This document shows positions 62,996 through 64,000 of a stretch of DNA of 64,000 bases, piece by piece. Both the position numbers and the translations under genes were made by a program. The notes below the pieces were generated by a model. That model searched no databases. It saw nothing but the letters and a program-made list of their open reading frames with translations, and was not told where the DNA came from. The stretch is from a virus (lineage: Duplodnaviria; Caudoviricetes): the IMG/VR virus record IMGVR_UViG_3300036798_000249, positions 3,165 through 67,164 of that record; one strand, written 5' to 3'. Each line of letters begins with the position of its first letter. Position 1 is the stretch's first letter.

Positions 62996-63262
62996 CTAGG
63001 CGTCCTCGGCGCGCGCCGCGCTTGCGCGCTTTGCCGATTCGGCGTCCGACTTTTCTGGTTCGACGAGACGGATCGTGCCGGCGCGCAGACGGCGGTGCGT
63101 GAAATCGTCGTTGGGCCATTCGGCGCTGCCGCTCGATCGGAATCGAGCGCCCGACGGGTGCTTGAGGACGCGCCATTTTTCCTCGGTCGGCTCGACGCGC
63201 AGACCAGGCCGCTGGCGTGGCTGAGCGTCTGGCCTATTTGGCAGTTTTGTTGTTACTTGCAT
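62996..63262 (-). CDS. Mu gp38/DUF2635-like small protein
   Basis: HP.G..F..SG...WP.D.FTHRRL..G.I; immediately upstream of sheath. Confidence 0.65.
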   Translation of the reverse strand: MQVTTKLPNRPDAQPRQRPGLRVEPTEEKWRVLKHPSGARFRSSGSAEWPNDDFTHRRLRAGTIRLVEPEKSDAESAKRASAARAEDA

Positions 63263-64000
63263 CGGAATCTCCTTCTTTTGCAGGGGTCCGGCGAACCGGA
63301 TAGGTGGTGAACTCATAATTACTAATGATGCGCTGGACTTCGGTGGCCGGCGGCACGGTGCCGTCATCGGCGAGCGGAACGGTCTGGACGTTGATTTGCG
63401 TCAAAGGTGGGAAGCCGGTCGGGAACCATTCGGTGCGGTAGCGAATCGACGCGACGTATTCCAACTCGCCGATCGGCGTCTCGCCCTTGCCGATGACGCC
63501 CCACACATGCCGGCGCGTGCCGCGCTCGATGCATTCGATCCGGGTATTGTCCGGCATTGTCGTTTCGATCAGGTTGGTCAGGTTGTTGTTGTTCCAGAGC
63601 CCGTTCATGATCGCCCAGAACGCGGCGTCGAGCTTGAGCTCGGATGTCACCGGGTCGTTGTTCTCGATGATGACCTGAAAGCCGATGCGCAAGCTGTGGA
63701 GGAAGCGAATGTCGCCGGCATTCGGATCGCCGTCGGGCGGCATCTCCTCGCCGACGATGTAGACCCCGAGATAAGGCAGCAGCGGCTGTTGGATCGGCAG
63801 TTGTTTCGATCGCCGCGCGATGAAGCCGTTGAAGAACGGCACTTGCACGATCGTGGCGAACATCGCGTCGCGGATGACTTGCGAATAGCTCTGCGTATCC
63901 GTGATGCCTTGCACCCGGAACGAGATCATTCCCGCAATGGCGCCGTCGCTGCTGTTGGCGCCGGCAATCCACATCGGGTTGAGATCGGCGGGCGCCGGCA
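63234..64000 (-). CDS. Probable tail completion/terminator protein (5' end may lie beyond the window)
   Basis: Frame open to the window edge; LPYLGVYI..E...; position upstream of sheath. Confidence 0.5.
   Translation of the reverse strand, partial: PAPADLNPMWIAGANSSDGAIAGMISFRVQGITDTQSYSQVIRDAMFATIVQVPFFNGFIARRSKQLPIQQPLLPYLGVYIVGEEMPPDGDPNAGDIRFLHSLRIGFQVIIENNDPVTSELKLDAAFWAIMNGLWNNNNLTNLIETTMPDNTRIECIERGTRRHVWGVIGKGETPIGELEYVASIRYRTEWFPTGFPPLTQINVQTVPLADDGTVPPATEVQRIISNYEFTTYPVRRTPAKEGDSDASNNKTAK

Noticed and set aside
1-64000. CRISPR array, diversity-generating retroelement, retron, IS element or invertible fibre cassette
   Set aside because: No regularly spaced repeat-spacer array, reverse transcriptase, transposase or serine invertase was recognised
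1-64000. Gene transfer agent or tailocin interpretation
   Set aside because: Integrase, replication, recombination and full packaging genes indicate an autonomous temperate phage

Overview
The window is almost entirely one temperate, contractile-tailed phage genome (GC-rich; probable alphaproteobacterial, Rhizobiales/Bradyrhizobium-like host, inferred from GapR-like, DUF1640-like and VPLPA-CTERM genes). It has an HK97-type head/packaging module (HNH, P27-type TerS, TerL, protease-capsid fusion, portal) at the left and a Mu-like tail module (sheath, tube, chaperone, tape measure, baseplate, fibres) at the right, both on the minus strand and both cut by the window edges. The integrase with an apparently unsplit attP-like region lies mid-window, so this looks like a circularly permuted or excised genome rather than an integrated prophage. 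Between the modules are a minus-strand replication/late-control arm, a LuxR-family gene where cI/cro normally sit, and a plus-strand recombination and small-gene arm. Most notable: (1) a second capsid-fold paralogue translationally coupled to a TPR-glycosyltransferase inside the head operon; (2) a tRNA-like RNA with a non-canonical anticodon arm; (3) a LuxR solo lacking several AHL-binding residues; (4) a VPLPA-CTERM surface protein between terS and terL; (5) a tape measure carrying lysozyme/SLT-like and Tlde1/YkuD-like domains; (6) four promoters sharing a palindromic operator, linked to three paralogous small HTH genes, with repeated RNA hairpins in an inverted amidoligase/GGCT island; (7) a NusG paralogue next to a structured late leader with a terminator. 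All family assignments are by-eye motif recognition; no database searches were run.
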